Below, one piece after another: positions 11,401 to 25,131 of a stretch of DNA of 64,000 bases (positions are counted from its first letter, which is position 1; each line of letters starts with the position of its first letter). A program made the translations under genes and the position numbers. The stretch is from Amoebophrya sp. A120 (taxonomy: Eukaryota; Protista; Dinoflagellata), in NCBI GenBank assembly GCA_905178155.1, contig CAJINV010000007.1, positions 2,957,151 to 3,021,150 of the forward strand, read 5' to 3'. The notes beneath the pieces are model-generated. The model saw nothing but the letters and a program-made list of their open reading frames with translations. It was not told the DNA's origin and did not search any database.

Positions 11401-14400
11401 GGCATGCGCAAACTCGTACTTTTCCAGCGTACTCAGCGTCAACATATGATCCTCGCGGTCATCCTCTGTTTGTTCACCAGACGACTTCGCGACTGGGATG
11501 CTACAACTGCTCTGGTCGTAGTTACTCAGCAGAGACGTGGCGGCGGTCCTGGAGAAACAAGCATTGCGTGACTGTTGTTGCCGTGCTCTGCTAAACTCCA
11601 AGTCGTGCGGCAAGGGTTGCGCCACGTTCGACGCCGACGTGTAGGAGCTGGGTACCGACGTCGTGCAAGAGTCAGACCAATGAGTGGAAGGGTGAGACTG
11701 GAGCGAAAGCTTCTTCTTGTCAACCCCGGCTATTATACCTTGTGCCGCTGTTCTTGAGGAACTGCAAGCTGTGTATGTGTTAGAAGACGACGCATCGTAC
11801 GTCGCCGCATCTTCGGTGTACAAGTAAAGACTTGTCGAATCTTCGTTCACGGAGGTATTGGCGGAATAGGAGCTTGTCTTGTCTATGTTTGTTTCACCGC
11901 CACTGCCAAGAACGTTGTTGGCATAGTAATCATTCCTGTAGTTGTAGGTCGTTGAAGGAAAGGACGTCGAAGCCGCGGTAGAAGTGGAGGAAGAAGGAAA
12001 ACGATTCGACGAATTTGCTGAATTTTTCAAGCCGCAGGAAGTTGTCGCAGCAGCACTAGCACCTGTGGGAAAAAGCAGCAACGGTTTCTGCCTTCGCCAG
12101 TATTTCTCCCCAGACTGCTCTGACAGTTTCTCATGTTCTGGTTTAGCATCGCGGTCATCTTTTTCCTCTTCACTCGTAGTATGTTTTCCTGCCACCCAAC
12201 GAAGCCACGAAGTCGAGGGCGAGTTGTTGTGGGATGATGAAGAAGACACCCCAACGTGATTGCCATTCAAGTGGTTCGCCGTGGCTTTACAGAAGAACGA
12301 ATTGCCGCCCAGACGCCTGACGGGAACCAGATCCAGCTTCCGCAATCGGTCCAAGAGGCTTTCCGGTAAAAACAGTTGTGACGTCGTCGAAGACGAAGAC
12401 ACATGCTCTTCTTGTTGTTCCAGGCTGCCCCCCGCGAATATGCTAACCGCGTACAGAAAAGCCCCGGCCCAGCCTGGGGTTTTTTTGAAAAGACTGGTAC
12501 TTTTGTCCACTTCTTGACGTTCCTGTTCCTCCGTGCTGATGTCCAGTGCGCCGCTTGCCGTCTGTTTATTCATACGCTTCGTACAATTTTTCGTTGTGCC
12601 ACTTTCTAAAAACTGCAGCACCTTTTCCACGATTCCAAAGTCGAATTTTTCCACTCCCAGTTGCTCCATCACGATCTCTTCCCGCTTCGACCGGCAGAGG
12701 CAGAGCCTTCCCTGGACGCCAGCAAGCTTCAGCAACTCTTCCGGCAGGGCAGCGGTAATGAGTTGAGCCGTCAAAACTGAATTTCTGTTGCCGTCGGCCG
12801 CCTCGAGACGACCAGAAGCAGCACCTTCCGTGGCAGGTGCTACCGTAATTGCCAAAGAAATCGCGATCGCGTCTTGCGAGGACACGAAAGCGCTCCCGTC
12901 GCCGCGATTGTCCGGAGCCGGAGATGCTGAACTACACGAAGAGGACGTTGAACCAGATGGGCCCGCACTAGCAGCTGCGCTGCGTTTAGAAACTTGATTC
13001 CAAAGTGGCAAAACCGGCACCGTGGAGCGCATGTCCAGCGAAATCGACAGGGTTTCTAGGTCTTGCTCATGTCCAAAAAGCCCTTCGTTGTCCGATCCTC
13101 CCAGTAGCACCTGAATTCGACCCTCGTCCTGACTTGTAGTGGAAACATTCGTTCTCGATCCAACTCCACCGCAAGTAGAAACAAACCCCGCTCTCACCTG
13201 CGCCCCGGCGAGCAGCTCCGCCAAGTCCCAGGGCTCCGGGAGCTGAAATCCACAAAAATGATCATGTCCTCGCTGCGAAAGAACTGCAGCTGCGCTCGAA
13301 CTCGTCCCAGGCAACACTTCACGTCTGCACGTAGCTCCCACCGCCTCCTGCTCTCCTCTCAGAAGTTGCGCGATCCGCGGCGCGCAAATGGTCTTCCACT
13401 CGGTGTCGGTGCACAGGTGGGCCAGGACTTTCAACAAACGGTCGAAATGATACGTGGACGTCGAGGAATCAACGCATGTCGGTGGTACTCTAGGCTCTTC
13501 CCCTCCTCTTTCACAGCTTCGTTCAAAAGCAGGTGGCTCACCATCCCCTTCGTTGTGTCTTCTTTTCTCCGAACTACCATCGCGCACTATTCTACTTCTG
13601 CCGACGTGAAACACGAAGGGGGGAAGAGGTGGTGTCCTGGTTTCACTACCGACACTCGCTGCACATTTATTTGGCTGTGGTCGTTTACCAACTGCCGCAG
13701 ACGAGGATGAAAAATCGAGCAGTGATAGAGTGGAAGTCGACTTGTTTGGCAGCCGCGAACAATTATCTGCAAATTTCTGGCCCTCGATGAAGATCCCAGT
13801 AGAACTTATTGCAGTTTCGTCCACGATCACTTCCGCTCTACCAGCGTGTTCCACTGAGCCCGTGCGGGCAATAATTTCCGCTTCTTCCCCCAGAAGAAAT
13901 GATCTTCCGGCGCCTTCACAACCTCTCGACTGCTCGTTCTTGTTGGTTCTAGAACCGAAATTGCGCTTCGGTTGCAGCTCCCACGCCAAAGACATGCGGT
14001 CATCTTCGCGATGATCAAAAGCAGTAGTTGCGGATACCTTTATCCCCGGTGTCTGTCCGTTCGCACGAGCGGCGTCTGCTACATTACCACCTCCAAGGCT
14101 CTCATTACCACTTCTCGTAGACACCAGGAGAAAACATCTGGTACGCGGGGTCGTAGCGAGAGAAGCGGTCACCGCAGCCGGGGATGTTCTTGAACTAGAA
14201 TCCTCCGTACAGAATGTCGTTAATCCTCCCCCGATGAAGCAAACCACTTCTGCATCGTAAACGGTTGCTGATGTGCCACCTTCTGTTGGCCGTTGCGTCG
14301 TGTTTGATGTTCTCCTCTGCGCATTATTGCTGCTTTCCTGCTGCTCTCGTCCTCCTGCAAGTTCTGCGCCACCGCCCGTTTCCGCACTTGTTTCCGTAGT

Positions 14401-17400
14401 ACTGCTGCTCCGAAAGTGCGATACCAAGCAGCGCGTTCTGTGCGCGAGGAGCACACATTGTGTGGTCGCGGACTTGTCGTCGCCCTTGATGTCGTGAAGG
14501 TGACCACTACATTCTGCCTCGAGCAACTTTATCGACTCCAGCTCCGGTAAAAACAGCCACATCTTATCCCACCGGGATGAACTTCGCGACGAAAAAATCT
14601 CAGTCTGGAGCACGCTCTTCACGAAAGCGGCGAAAGAACTTTCGCCGTTGACGTCATGTTGCGCTCTTGTATCTGTTTGTTCATCTTGTTCTTGGCATTT
14701 TTGCTTGTCGACATCTGCAAGCAGAAGCTTTGGATCTTCTGGCTCTTTTGTCGACCTCCTCGACGCGGTCGAGATTGATATCGTTGCTGCGGGTAAATTT
14801 GAACTACTTTTCCCAGTCGTGTCCTTAGTTAAACTGCTATTCGGACCCGTACCGAGGCAGAATTCCAGTCGTTCCTGGTCCCCAAGTAGCTGGAGGGAGA
14901 GGCAGCAATTTCGTTTATTCCCGTGAGCAGTCTGGATGTCTGTTCTACTCAGAAGTTTTCTGATCAGGGTCCCGAACTCCGTCAGAAACCGGGCTTGCAG
15001 AGCGGCGGACCACACCGGAGGAAGGAAATCTGACGACGAATCGGCTCGGCCGGGGCAACAAGCATCATCTTTCTTACTGCGCGACGACGTCGACGTACTA
15101 AAACAAGAAATATCTGTTCGGTTATTGTACGCGTCATGCAGAATCGCTTCCAGTGCAGACGCAGCTCCTGTTTCATCGTCGTAGTAGTTCACCGCGCGAG
15201 ACAAAGCACTTCCTGCCTTTATTTCGTTCACTGGTTGGTCTTGGTGCTCAATACTTGTCTTCCCCTTCCCCGCCTTGGTCGCGTTGTTACTATTGTCACC
15301 GTTCGAAATCGCTTTCATCGCCTTGGATTTGTTTTGCTTTTTCTTCTTCTTTGAAGAACCCACCGCGTTCATCATTTCCTCGCGCGAAGACCCCGGCTGC
15401 TCGGGCCTTGATGTCAGAGCCAAGTTCGACGGATTTTTGGCCAGCGCCTCGTTTGCTAGTGGAGGACCTGCCTTTGAGCCGACGGCTGGTGAAGGTCTTC
15501 TTTTTCTTGTATCGTCCTCAGGTCGCTCCATACCCAATTCTTCACCGTGCTCCGCGAGGAAGGACAAAAAGGACTGCCCTTTCGCTATCTGTTCAAACGA
15601 TGCTGATGGTACAGTGCAAGTCGAAGATAAATCGTGCAGACTTCTGTAACCAGCCCGTGCAAAAAAGCCAATTCTAAGTCCATCGCTTCCACTTCTGCTT
15701 GTTTCTGCACGATTTCCACAAATGTTACTTTCCTCCCCCGCCTTCAGATTTTTGTTTCCATGATCGGCGTCATCTGCAGCACTTGTGGACCGCAACCTTT
15801 GTGCTTCGTGGTACCGTTTCACTACCGAGCGCTCCATGGCATGCAGGTCGGCAAAACTCATCGCCGTGCGGTCGAAAACGCCCTCTAAATGCAACTTGCA
15901 GAAATCCATCAGCAGCGACTTGTCTTCTCGGCACAGCGATTCTTCGACCGCAGAGTGAGATTCTGTTCCACTGCAGTCGACAAAAGTACTTTTCTGCCCA
16001 ATTTGATCCTGTGGACCGCTCGAGATGAGCAATTGTTCTTTTGATATTTCCTGTCTGGTACATCCGTCAGTTGTCGCCCGAATAAAACCAAAATCTTCAT
16101 TATTCTTTCTTGACCTGTCCTGGACGTCCGCCACCAGAGAGGAGACCAGGGTGAGCAAGAGCCTCTCTTCTTGTACGGACGAGCGCAAGTAGCTCGCGCC
16201 TGGCTGGACGTCCGTCTCAGTTTTAAAATTCAAATTGTCCAACGGGGGCAACAGCGGTCGCAACAGCGTCATCGTGTACTGCAATCCAGCTTCAAAGGAG
16301 AGATCGCCGATGTCAAAGCGCAGCCGGGCTTCGAGCTTCTCCCGCGCGGCTGCCAGCTCGTCGGAAAGGGAGGCTTGGGTGCTAGTTCTCGTTCCTGCGA
16401 TAGATGGTCCTTTCGGACGAGGTGGCGACTGCTCCTTGTCTCCACGATGATCTTCGGATGTTCTTGGAAACAAACACGACGACGGAAGGCGCAACAAAGA
16501 CCCAAAGCTGGTGCAAGAAGGTCCTCGTCCTGCTTCCTTTTCCTTTTCCAACACCTTCTTTGCGTACTCTTCAACGGCGCAGAAGCGCAAGAGGCTTGAC
16601 CGCTGCAACTTTTCCGACAACTGAGGGAAGAGTGCGTTGTTCAAAATGAGCCCGCGATTCCGCCCAATCCGTGCCTGCAACTGCTCCTCCGTCGGCAGCT
16701 GCCCCGTGGTGGAAAGGATGTCCAGAAACTGCTTGACAATCTCGTTGGTTTTCAACACGGGAATGTCCTCCCGTCCGCTCATAATCGGGTTGCTATTGCA
16801 ACTCGAGCTGGTCGTCGTTTGGGCCAGGAGCGTGGTACTAGCGGAAAAACCGGAAAAGGTTTTCCAAAACGGCGCAAAGTCCGGGAAGCAGCTGGCGGGG
16901 CCGATCCCGAGCTGGTCGAAGCTCTTCAAGTTTCTCGTGGCGCACAGCTTCTCGACGAAGTCGTACACCGAGCCCACCGCAGAGATTTCTTGGTAACACG
17001 AAAAATCGGTGGACACATCGTGCGTCTTGCGAAGCAGCTCGGCGAGAAAGGGCACCTGGTGTGGCACCCCGACGTTCAACTGGCGGTAGGTGTCCCGCTG
17101 GAAAAAATGGGCAATGTCGCGCACCACGCCGTTGTAGCTGGCGTCCACTTTTCCCAATCTCAACGCCTCTTGGTGCAGCATAAACGCGATTCTTTCCACT
17201 TTCTCCAGCGTCGCGGACTCTCTCGCCCAGCGCAGGTATTCGTTGCCCTCGTTGCCGCTCTTCCGGAGCTTTTGCACGAAAGATTGCAGTGTTTCGGAGG
17301 ACTGCGTAGGCGGGGAAAGGAGTTGCGGGTGATCATGGGGTTGCTGTACATAACCTTGAAGTTGTTGTGGCAGATTCATCTGTTGGTGCTGGAGATTTGG

Positions 17401-19071
17401 AGTCTGCTGCTGCTGCTGTTGCTGTTGAATATGAAAGTGGTTTTGTTGCACTTGCGAAGATGCCGTTGGCATTTCCATTTGGTTACAAAACGTCGACCTC
17501 GCCTGATTTTGCATGTTGCCTAGTTGTACACCTCCTACCGCGGAAAGACTGTTATAATGTTGCTCTGGACAACTATGCTGCTGTAGTTGTATATTCTCCT
17601 GTTGCTGGGTGCATTGATGCGGCCCGTTTGAAGACCCGGCAGCAACACACACCCCGCCCGGCTGAAAGTTCTGCGCGGCTGTACCACTACTATTTGGCGC
17701 ACAGCTATCCAATTGGTTCCTCCAGCCAGGTTGCTGTAGCCCGTCTAAAGCGCCAGGGGGTAGGGGCACCGAGTTACCGATATTGATGAAGGGCGCATTT
17801 TGATTTTTGTTCGTCGTGTGTTGTACTATTGTTTGCGGTTCTTGCTGTCCTGCTGCCGTTATTTGAGTCTGCTGCAGCTGTGGAACTGTTTCTGGTGTAG
17901 TAGACCTCCACGACCCGCCCGGGACGAGGAGCTGACTGCTAGTATTCATAAACAGATTCATCTGGTGTGAGCTACTCTCCCTCTGCTGCACCGGCAGCGC
18001 CGGCACGACCACCTGGGAGGGTGCTACTAGCATCTGTTCACCGCGCTGTTCCATGGTACCCAGCGCGGCGGGGGGCTGTGCCAGGTCGCTGTTCGGGGAT
18101 GGTCGTGATGTCACGGCCGCGGCATTAGTGGATGAATAACCGCCGGGCGTGGTCCTCGCCTGGCTGGTCGCCAGTACTACGGGTTCCACTTGCGGGGCCA
18201 TGTGATAACCACCTTGTCCTCGCGCGTGGTCATTGTGTGGTGGAGCTAGCTGTTGTATGTTGGTGAAGCTGTTGCTGTGTGGCAATAAAGCTCCCGGCAC
18301 GACAACGCAGTTCTGTGATTGTTGCCCCGAAACAAGATGCAGTTCTTGAGCACTGGCATTGTTGTTGTTACACGAACTTCTCGCCGCCGCAAGCACTCCG
18401 CCTTCGGAGCGGGTACCAGCTAGGACCACCGTTGGAGCCAGTATCGCCTGACTCTCGTCTTGATTTTCTGTATTCCTCCCACCTAATACATTCGTTTGTC
18501 GGACCACTGGCGCACTTTGGCTGCAGTTCAAAGGCTGTTTGTGCTCTTGCACGACGGGTGCCGGCCGGTCTCCGTTTTTTGCGGACAAAAAATCAGCTCC
18601 GCTATAATCTGCTGCAAAAACATGTTCCGTTATAACTTGATGTTTCGAGCCTCCAGGATGTTGTAGAGAGGACTCACCATCGACATCCTCTTCCAGGTCC
18701 GGTGTGCAGGTGGCATTCGTAGATGCAAAGTCAAGCTTTTCTTGCGACGGTGTTGATATCATTGTTCCATTGCAGATATTCCTCACCGGCGGGGAGGTGA
18801 AAGTCGCGTCTGTGTCTGTGAGCGATGGCCCAAATTTAGCAGCCATTCGACCGGCTGCCCCAGCACCCTCGTCGGGCCTACTTCGGTCCGGGCTCAGAAA
18901 GTCGGAACGGCCCGCGAGTCCAGGGTTCGTCTTGCCGGGTCCACAATTATTGCCCTCCGGCACCGTCGTCCCGTGGTCACCAACAGCCTGGCAATCCAGG
19001 TTCTGCATTTTCGAGCTTCTTTCTCTCGGTGGAACCCGGTCGTTCCTCGTTGCCCTGTCCGTTCGAAACAA
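5439..19071 (-). CDS. Giant ~4,470-aa protein, 2 exons (19071-11167, 10946-5439); Q-rich N-terminus; NO VEIN-like motifs
   Basis: ORFs 11137..19071 and 5439..10958 join in frame (TRITE|YCEAHK) after removing the element at 10952-11166. Motifs SVYDFVEKLCATRNLKSFDQLGIGP and SFEQIAKGQSFLSFLAEH resemble the NO VEIN N-terminal region (recalled similarity, not searched). Confidence 0.7.
10952..11166. mobile_element. Introner-like element (215 bp), TIR family B, 5-bp TSD CTCGG
   Basis: ctcgg|tatgcaagaaaaaaactgtgtaagtgta ... tacactaacacagttttttttcttggata|ctcgg. Confidence 0.92.
17404..17425 (-). repeat. CAG/CAA poly-glutamine tract within a Q-rich region
   Basis: ctgctgctgctgctgttgctgttg on + strand, read as IQQQQQQQQT. 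Confidence 0.6.
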
Positions 19072-19782
19072 CGCTGACGAAAACCTGACTCAGCAGCTTC
19101 TACAATTTTTCTACTTACTTATCTCTCTCCCCCCACAAACAGAGGCCAAAAAAGGCAACGCAAAAAAGCAACAAAAAAAAAAGCAACTTCCACATCAAAA
19201 AGAACTTAACCATAAACTTTCTAAATCACAAGGTGAAGTAGTCAACCAGTTAAGAGACAAGGGAAGCAAAAGTCTTTTTCCATAACAAGGGAACCTGAGC
19301 ATCGGTGCGTGATCTCTAGAGCTTGTTCGGGAGAGGAACAAAGAGCAGATGAAGTAGAAGACCAAACGAAACAAAGGATCTTTTCGTCGACAAGAATCAG
19401 GAAGAAAGAACATCCTCAAGGCACCTCTTTGTCATCAGCTTCCAAAAGCACTTCCGGTCGGGGAGGCGCTGTTTCCTCTTATAAAGCGTCCTTTCATGAT
19501 CAGACTGGATAAACTATTTGCACATTCACATTCATTCATCACGACATCTATTTAGTTTTAATGCACATAGAAAAGACTTCTGTGTGACATCGACAATGAC
19601 TTTCTGAAATCAATGATAAGGCTACTGCCGTAGCTGCTCATTTGCATTGCACTACAGGGTTCTTCCACACGGAAAACTATATCGAATTTAGAGGGAAAAT
19701 CACGGCGGACAACAAAAAAATTGCAGAAGTTGCACCAGTTGCGGTCTGTTCCGAACCAATAACACGGGAAGATGAAATCGAG

Positions 19783-22700
19783 CTAAAAGTCCTGTAAACA
19801 GGGAGGGGCCCATGGCGATTCTTCGCAGAATTCGTAGTCAAACCCTATCTCTTTCTCGAAATGTTGCCGGCTCCATGTCGGCCGCGCTTCTGCCGGCTTG
19901 GAAGAGGAACCTCCGCGGACCGACTGGTACACATAAAGATCAACAGAAAGCTGCGACTTGCTACTTCTTCCGGCGATCTTATTGACTGGCTCCGGATTTA
20001 GTTCCAAGCTTTGTGGACAACCTGAACCTGCGGTAGGCTTTGGACGACGATCAACATGATCCCCTCCTATTGCATTGACAACGTCATCTTCATCACTCTC
20101 GCCATTGAGCCTACCGTTCATTTTTCGCAGCTGGTGCATGTAGGCCTCCAACTTTTCCAAGATTCTACGTCTTTTCGAAACGTTAGGGAAAACGTCCGCC
20201 ATCAAGCTTTCGCTTTCGAAATACACCCGGTGTCTGTCATTTTCGATGTCGTCGCAGCTACCATCAGCCCTTTTCGCAGGTGCGGCCGCTCTTTTCTTTC
20301 GACAACTAGCTTGGGCAGCCCTATTCGCCACGGCGGTCAGGTACTCTGGGTCGTGCTTAGACAATTTCGGAAACTCCTCTACGCAGCTCTCCACGGACGG
20401 GCAATCTTCCTCCGAATAGACCCGCGCGTCGACCAGTTCTTGCCGGGAAGGTTCTTTTCCTTTCTCTCTGTCGGATCCGCCTCGTTCTGCTTCAAGGCCC
20501 ATTACCACGTCGCCCTCGTCGTCTAATGAGACCACGGAGGACCGTTTTTTAGTCCCTGCAATCAGGTCTCGTGCTGCTTCACGACCGGCCTCCTCCGCAC
20601 TGCCTTCCGGCACCTGACCCGGCGTCGTGAAATTCGAATATAACGCGCTATGACCGACCTCCATTGAATCTGCAGCTCCATGCAGTCCGTGCACTGCAGT
20701 TGTACGCGCTCCTGCGTCATGTTGTACCTTGCCAACATCTCGTTGTTGTTTCTTTTCTCCATTAATTGAAAATCGCGATTTCTCATCGACATCAACAAGG
20801 TGAAGCCCTTCGTTTGCGTCTTTTTCCATGCTCATGATGATGTACCCTACTTCTGCTGCTTCTCGCCCTGCAGCACCAGGAGCACTAGAGTCCGGAGGTT
20901 GATGCGCCGAATCTATTTTTTGTGGCTTTGGAGGTTTTATTACACCACTGTCCAAATTACACCCAGAATAATTCCTTTCATTCGAGAACTTTTTCCTCCG
21001 CAGTGTGATGTACGTGGCCAGACTAGGTTCCAAGTGCCGTGCCCAGGTTTTGTAGTAGTCCGGTGCGGAAAGCAAGTGGATCAGTTTCCCGTCGTGTCCC
21101 ACCCGGAAATGGATGCTGTCCTCACCGCTAGGCTGGTGTCCGCGAATGATCAGTTTGAGCTGATTCTTTTCCAAAAATTTTTCCGTAACTTCCCTCGTCC
21201 AGCCGCCATTGATCATGCGCAGGCGGCTCGACTCGGCTCGCCCGAGGATCTCGCTCATGTACACTGACTTGTCTATGAATTCCCGCTTTGGCCGGGCCGG
21301 TTGTGGCGGTCCTGCGGGGGACGCCCTTGGGGTTCGAGAAGGGGAAGGTGTCGGGCCCTGTGATGGTGGTTGATGTTCCGGTGACGTCGATAGAGTCACA
21401 GATGGTGACGATCCAGAAACAGATGATCCACTCTTGCTCAATAGAGATTTTTGCTCCATCGCCTTATTTCCTTGTTTTTCGTACTTGACGTGATTTGGCT
21501 TGCTCGGCAGCAACTTGCCCCGATGGAGGGAATTTTCCCACGGATCGGCAAACAGGAACGTTTCGCGCACGCAGCAGGTCAAAAACTTGCGCGTGCGGGC
21601 GAACTCCGTGCCCAGCGAGGATTCCAGCAAGCGGTGGAAAACGCGAATGAGCAGTCGGTCGTAGGTCTCTCCGTCATCGGGTCGCTCATCCTGCCGAGGA
21701 AAAGATGACGAGGCAAGGCGATCTGCACGTTTTTCAACATCCTGTTCCTCTTCGGCCTGCACGTAGCCCTTCGCGAAGTGCTCCACAAAGCGGGTGAACA
21801 TGGTGTCCCACCGGCTCTTGACGCAGTGGTCCCACATCTGTGCGTTGTAGGTGGAACAGTAAGCTTCGTCCTGTTGTCCAAGAACGGTGAATAGTGTCCG
21901 GTCGATGAACTGTTTGAACCACGGCCTGGATATCACCTCCAGCGCTCGCGCCGCAGGATTATGGTCTGTGGTCTTAGCGCTTGGGTTATGTGGTGTAGGC
22001 TTTGATGTTGCGTCGTGATGTAGTTCCAATCGGCGCAAGAATAGTCCGCCGCTTGCTGGGGACTCGCCTTCATCTCCAGCTGGTGCACCAGGCTTCTTCA
22101 CTTGCGTGGAAAGGAACGACGCTTGGAGACCCTGTGGTGGTGTGACAGTTGTATCGAGTCGTGAAGAAGCTCCTGCACAAGGACCCCCACAAGGGATCAT
22201 CGCTGATACCGTCGGGGGCTGCGTTTTATTTGCAAGAATTTCTACGGATGAAGTCGTCGAGATCTCATCTTCGGACACATCAACCCGACGAGGACTTGCG
22301 GCTGCACTCGAAAAAACAGCGCTTGCTGCACTGGAGACATCAGCGGCGCTTGCCGCGCTAGAGAACATCGAGGGAGTTAACGGGGTCAATTGCCGTCCCT
22401 GGCTACTCAAGCAAATTTCTTCTTTCTGCACGTCTTCTTTTGCTGTCATCTCCGCGTCACGCCCGTGTTCCACATCCATCTCCATCGAGGTCACAGCGCA
22501 AGTGTCCGCCTTTGAAGAAGATAATGTTGGTCCTCCTGCTGATACTTTTCCCTGCTCCGCAGAACTCCTTCCGCATTCATCCTTCTCGTCCGCAGGACAA
22601 GACTCGGACGGCTCAGATGGAACGTCGTCCGACGAGGCAGTAGAATAAGTCAGCATCACATCATCAACAGCGGCATCGTCTTTGTCCACAAGAACTTCGG

Positions 22701-25131
22701 AAGAGGTTTTATTTTCCCCGTCAACTACAACACGACCCCGGTCCTCGTCGTCCTCGGATATAATGATCCTGTCGCGCCCCCGCTCCTGCGTCCCACCCGC
22801 TAAGTTCTTCACTTCTGGCATGAAATCGGAAATCCCGGCGTGCACGAGAAGTACCTCGTCGAAAACCGTGGCGACGTAGGGGAGATAGCCGAACAAGCCG
22901 TTGATCTGTTATCAAGTGTAAAAATGTCTGGGTCTGGAAGGTTGCCAGGTTTGTCATGCATATTTTGCACAACCCATGACGCCTGTAACGCCTGGCCGAG
23001 CATCACAGATTTTTAAAGGGCCTTCTGATGCGTATTCCGCATGAGAAACGCGCACTCCGCGTAGCACAAACTGAACTCCTCTTCCTGGTCATGCAATACA
23101 GATTTTTTTACCTTCCAAAGACAGCATCACAAGTTGCAACCTTCCAGACCCAGACATTTTTACATTTGATATCTGTTCTCGATACACAAACTCCTCGACA
23201 AAGACGGTGGCCTATCCCACAGAAAAAAGCTGGCGTGGCATATTTGCAATGCAAAAATAAATAGACAAAAAAATCTGTATTGTAAATCCGAAACAGCATG
23301 CTATGGGGCCACCCATGACAAATTTTTGCGTGTATTTCTTTTTGCATTACACCCATACTGAGTGGAGCGCGTTCACCCTTGTAGTAATTACAAATATGCC
23401 CTGCCAGCTTTTTTCTCTGGGATATGGCCAGCTCGACGCGCTGCAGATCGCCGCTCAGCGGACCACCATCGTGGTCGTGTCCTCCGAAAGGTGTAGTGGT
23501 CATCGCGCCGAGGGCGGAGAAGGGAACGTAGTTATCGCCGCTCTCATGAAAAAGCCCTCCTCGGGTGGTGCTGGTGCGGAGGTGCTGGTGCGACCCAACT
23601 GCTTGATAAAACCAAGAATCCGGTCCGTACGGAGATCTTCTCCGCGCCGCAGAAGCTGCTGTTCGGGAAGAGGAAGATGAATTGTAATTGTTCCCTACGA
23701 GTACACTTGCAACGCTGCTCGGCCGCAACACCGCAAAGACGTCTTCTTTCAAATTCGACGTGTTGTCGTTCCGCACCTGGTCTGCGCCATTCAACCCCGG
23801 GAGCTCGTGGTTGCCGCGAAGAAGCGTCACGCGGTCGGGAAGCCGCGCTTTCAAGTAAAAGACAAACAGCACCATCGCGAGGGACTCACCTGTATTTGTG
23901 CGGTGGCAGGTTTTTAAAATTTGCGGGTAAAAATAAATCGCCTGTTCGGTACTCAGGTCGGTTGTGATTTTACGGAAAATCAAAATGTAAATCAATGCAA
24001 CGAAGAGGCAAGTCATGCATAGTATACCACCAAGTGAGCCCCCAGCACTGCTGTCATCATGGAAAGACGCCACACGGCGAATCTTCCTATGCATTGACTT
24101 CTTGTATTTCGTAGCATGACAGCATGTTCTTGGGCCAACAACAAAAAAAAAGTAAGCACCGCAATACTCTTAGGCCCGCGGTCAACGTAATCACCCAGAA
24201 ACACTATGTGGGTGGACGTTTGATTCAGCAAGTCCATGTCTCGGATAATGCGCAACGTGTCCAAAAAGTGCCCATGCGTATCGCCCAGTACGTTCACAAG
24301 CGCACATCGAGCTCCTGCTGCTTGTGGAGACGTTGTTATTCTACTTGACGGGCCGCGGCGGCCCTTCGTTGCTCTGCTTTGTTCCTCAGCATCAAGGCTG
24401 AACTGCCCCAAGCGTTCCGTCATCCCGTCCACTTTTGACGCGGAGCGCGCAGCGTCGTGCTCTACTTGTGGCGCACGATCGACGTCGACTGGTGTTGCTC
24501 TCTTGTCGTCAGCTGCTGCTGTAGCTGCAGACGACTTTCTCACGATCTTCTGCGTAGTACTATGCAGTTCATCCTCCTGTCCGCAGACCCGCACGTGCAT
24601 CGGGGGGAGAACAGGATTTGTGTCGTCTTGGCCCGCCCCCGCGAGGACCTTCCAAGCTTTTTCCAGGATGTAACCCATGGACTTGAACAGCGCCCCCTGT
24701 GCGGGCGGGTACCGGGTCGTGAACGCGCTGTGGCCGCTCAGGTTGGCCTTCCTCAGTTCCTCCAAAATCTCCAGAAATAAGCTCTGCGCGCCGCGATGAT
24801 CCTCCAGGGACAGGGAGCCCAACACGGTTTCGTCACTCCACCCAAAATTCCGGCCGCTCTGCAGCCCCCGGGCCGCGAGCGACATCTGCATGTGGTCGAC
24901 GTGCGGGTCGATCAGCAGGTCCAATGTGCGCTCGACTTGCATTTCCCACTTGGCTTGCTCGGTACTGGGTGTCGTTGCAGGTGTTCTTCCCAGCACGGCT
25001 TTGCCGAACAGTGAAACTATCGTGTAATTCCACTGCAGAATTGCGAGAAAAAGCCCAGCAACCCGTCCCCGCCAGCGGGGGCGGACAGGAATTGCTTCAG
25101 TTTGGGGCCAAGCAAGGACACTCATTTTCAT
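19783..25131 (-). CDS. PPP-family Ser/Thr protein phosphatase with long insertions, 4 exons (25131-~24168, ~23889-23425, 23207-23172, 22904-19783), ~1,530 aa
   Basis: GDTHG, GDYVDRG, LLRGNHE, VHAGI, LFADP, IIRGHQ and SAPDY motifs occur in order across three ORFs. Removing two TIR elements gives RVELATVFVEEFVYREQINGLFGYLP in frame. Confidence 0.85.
22910..23171. mobile_element. Introner-like element (262 bp), TIR family A, TSD TCTGT
   Basis: tctgt|tatcaagtgtaaaaatgtctgggtctggaaggttg ... caaccttccagacccagacatttttacatttgata|tctgt. Confidence 0.95.
23213..23424. mobile_element. Introner-like element (212 bp), TSD TGGCC
   Basis: tggcc|tatcccacagaaaaaagctggc ... gccagcttttttctctgggata|tggcc. Confidence 0.92.
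23890..24167 (-). other. Intron 1 of the PPP phosphatase (boundaries ambiguous)
   Basis: Frame change between GDYVDRG and LKARLPDRVTLLRGNHE. GT-AG 24167-23890 is in frame; the interior carries gcatgac/gtcatg motifs seen in the introners. Confidence 0.6.
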
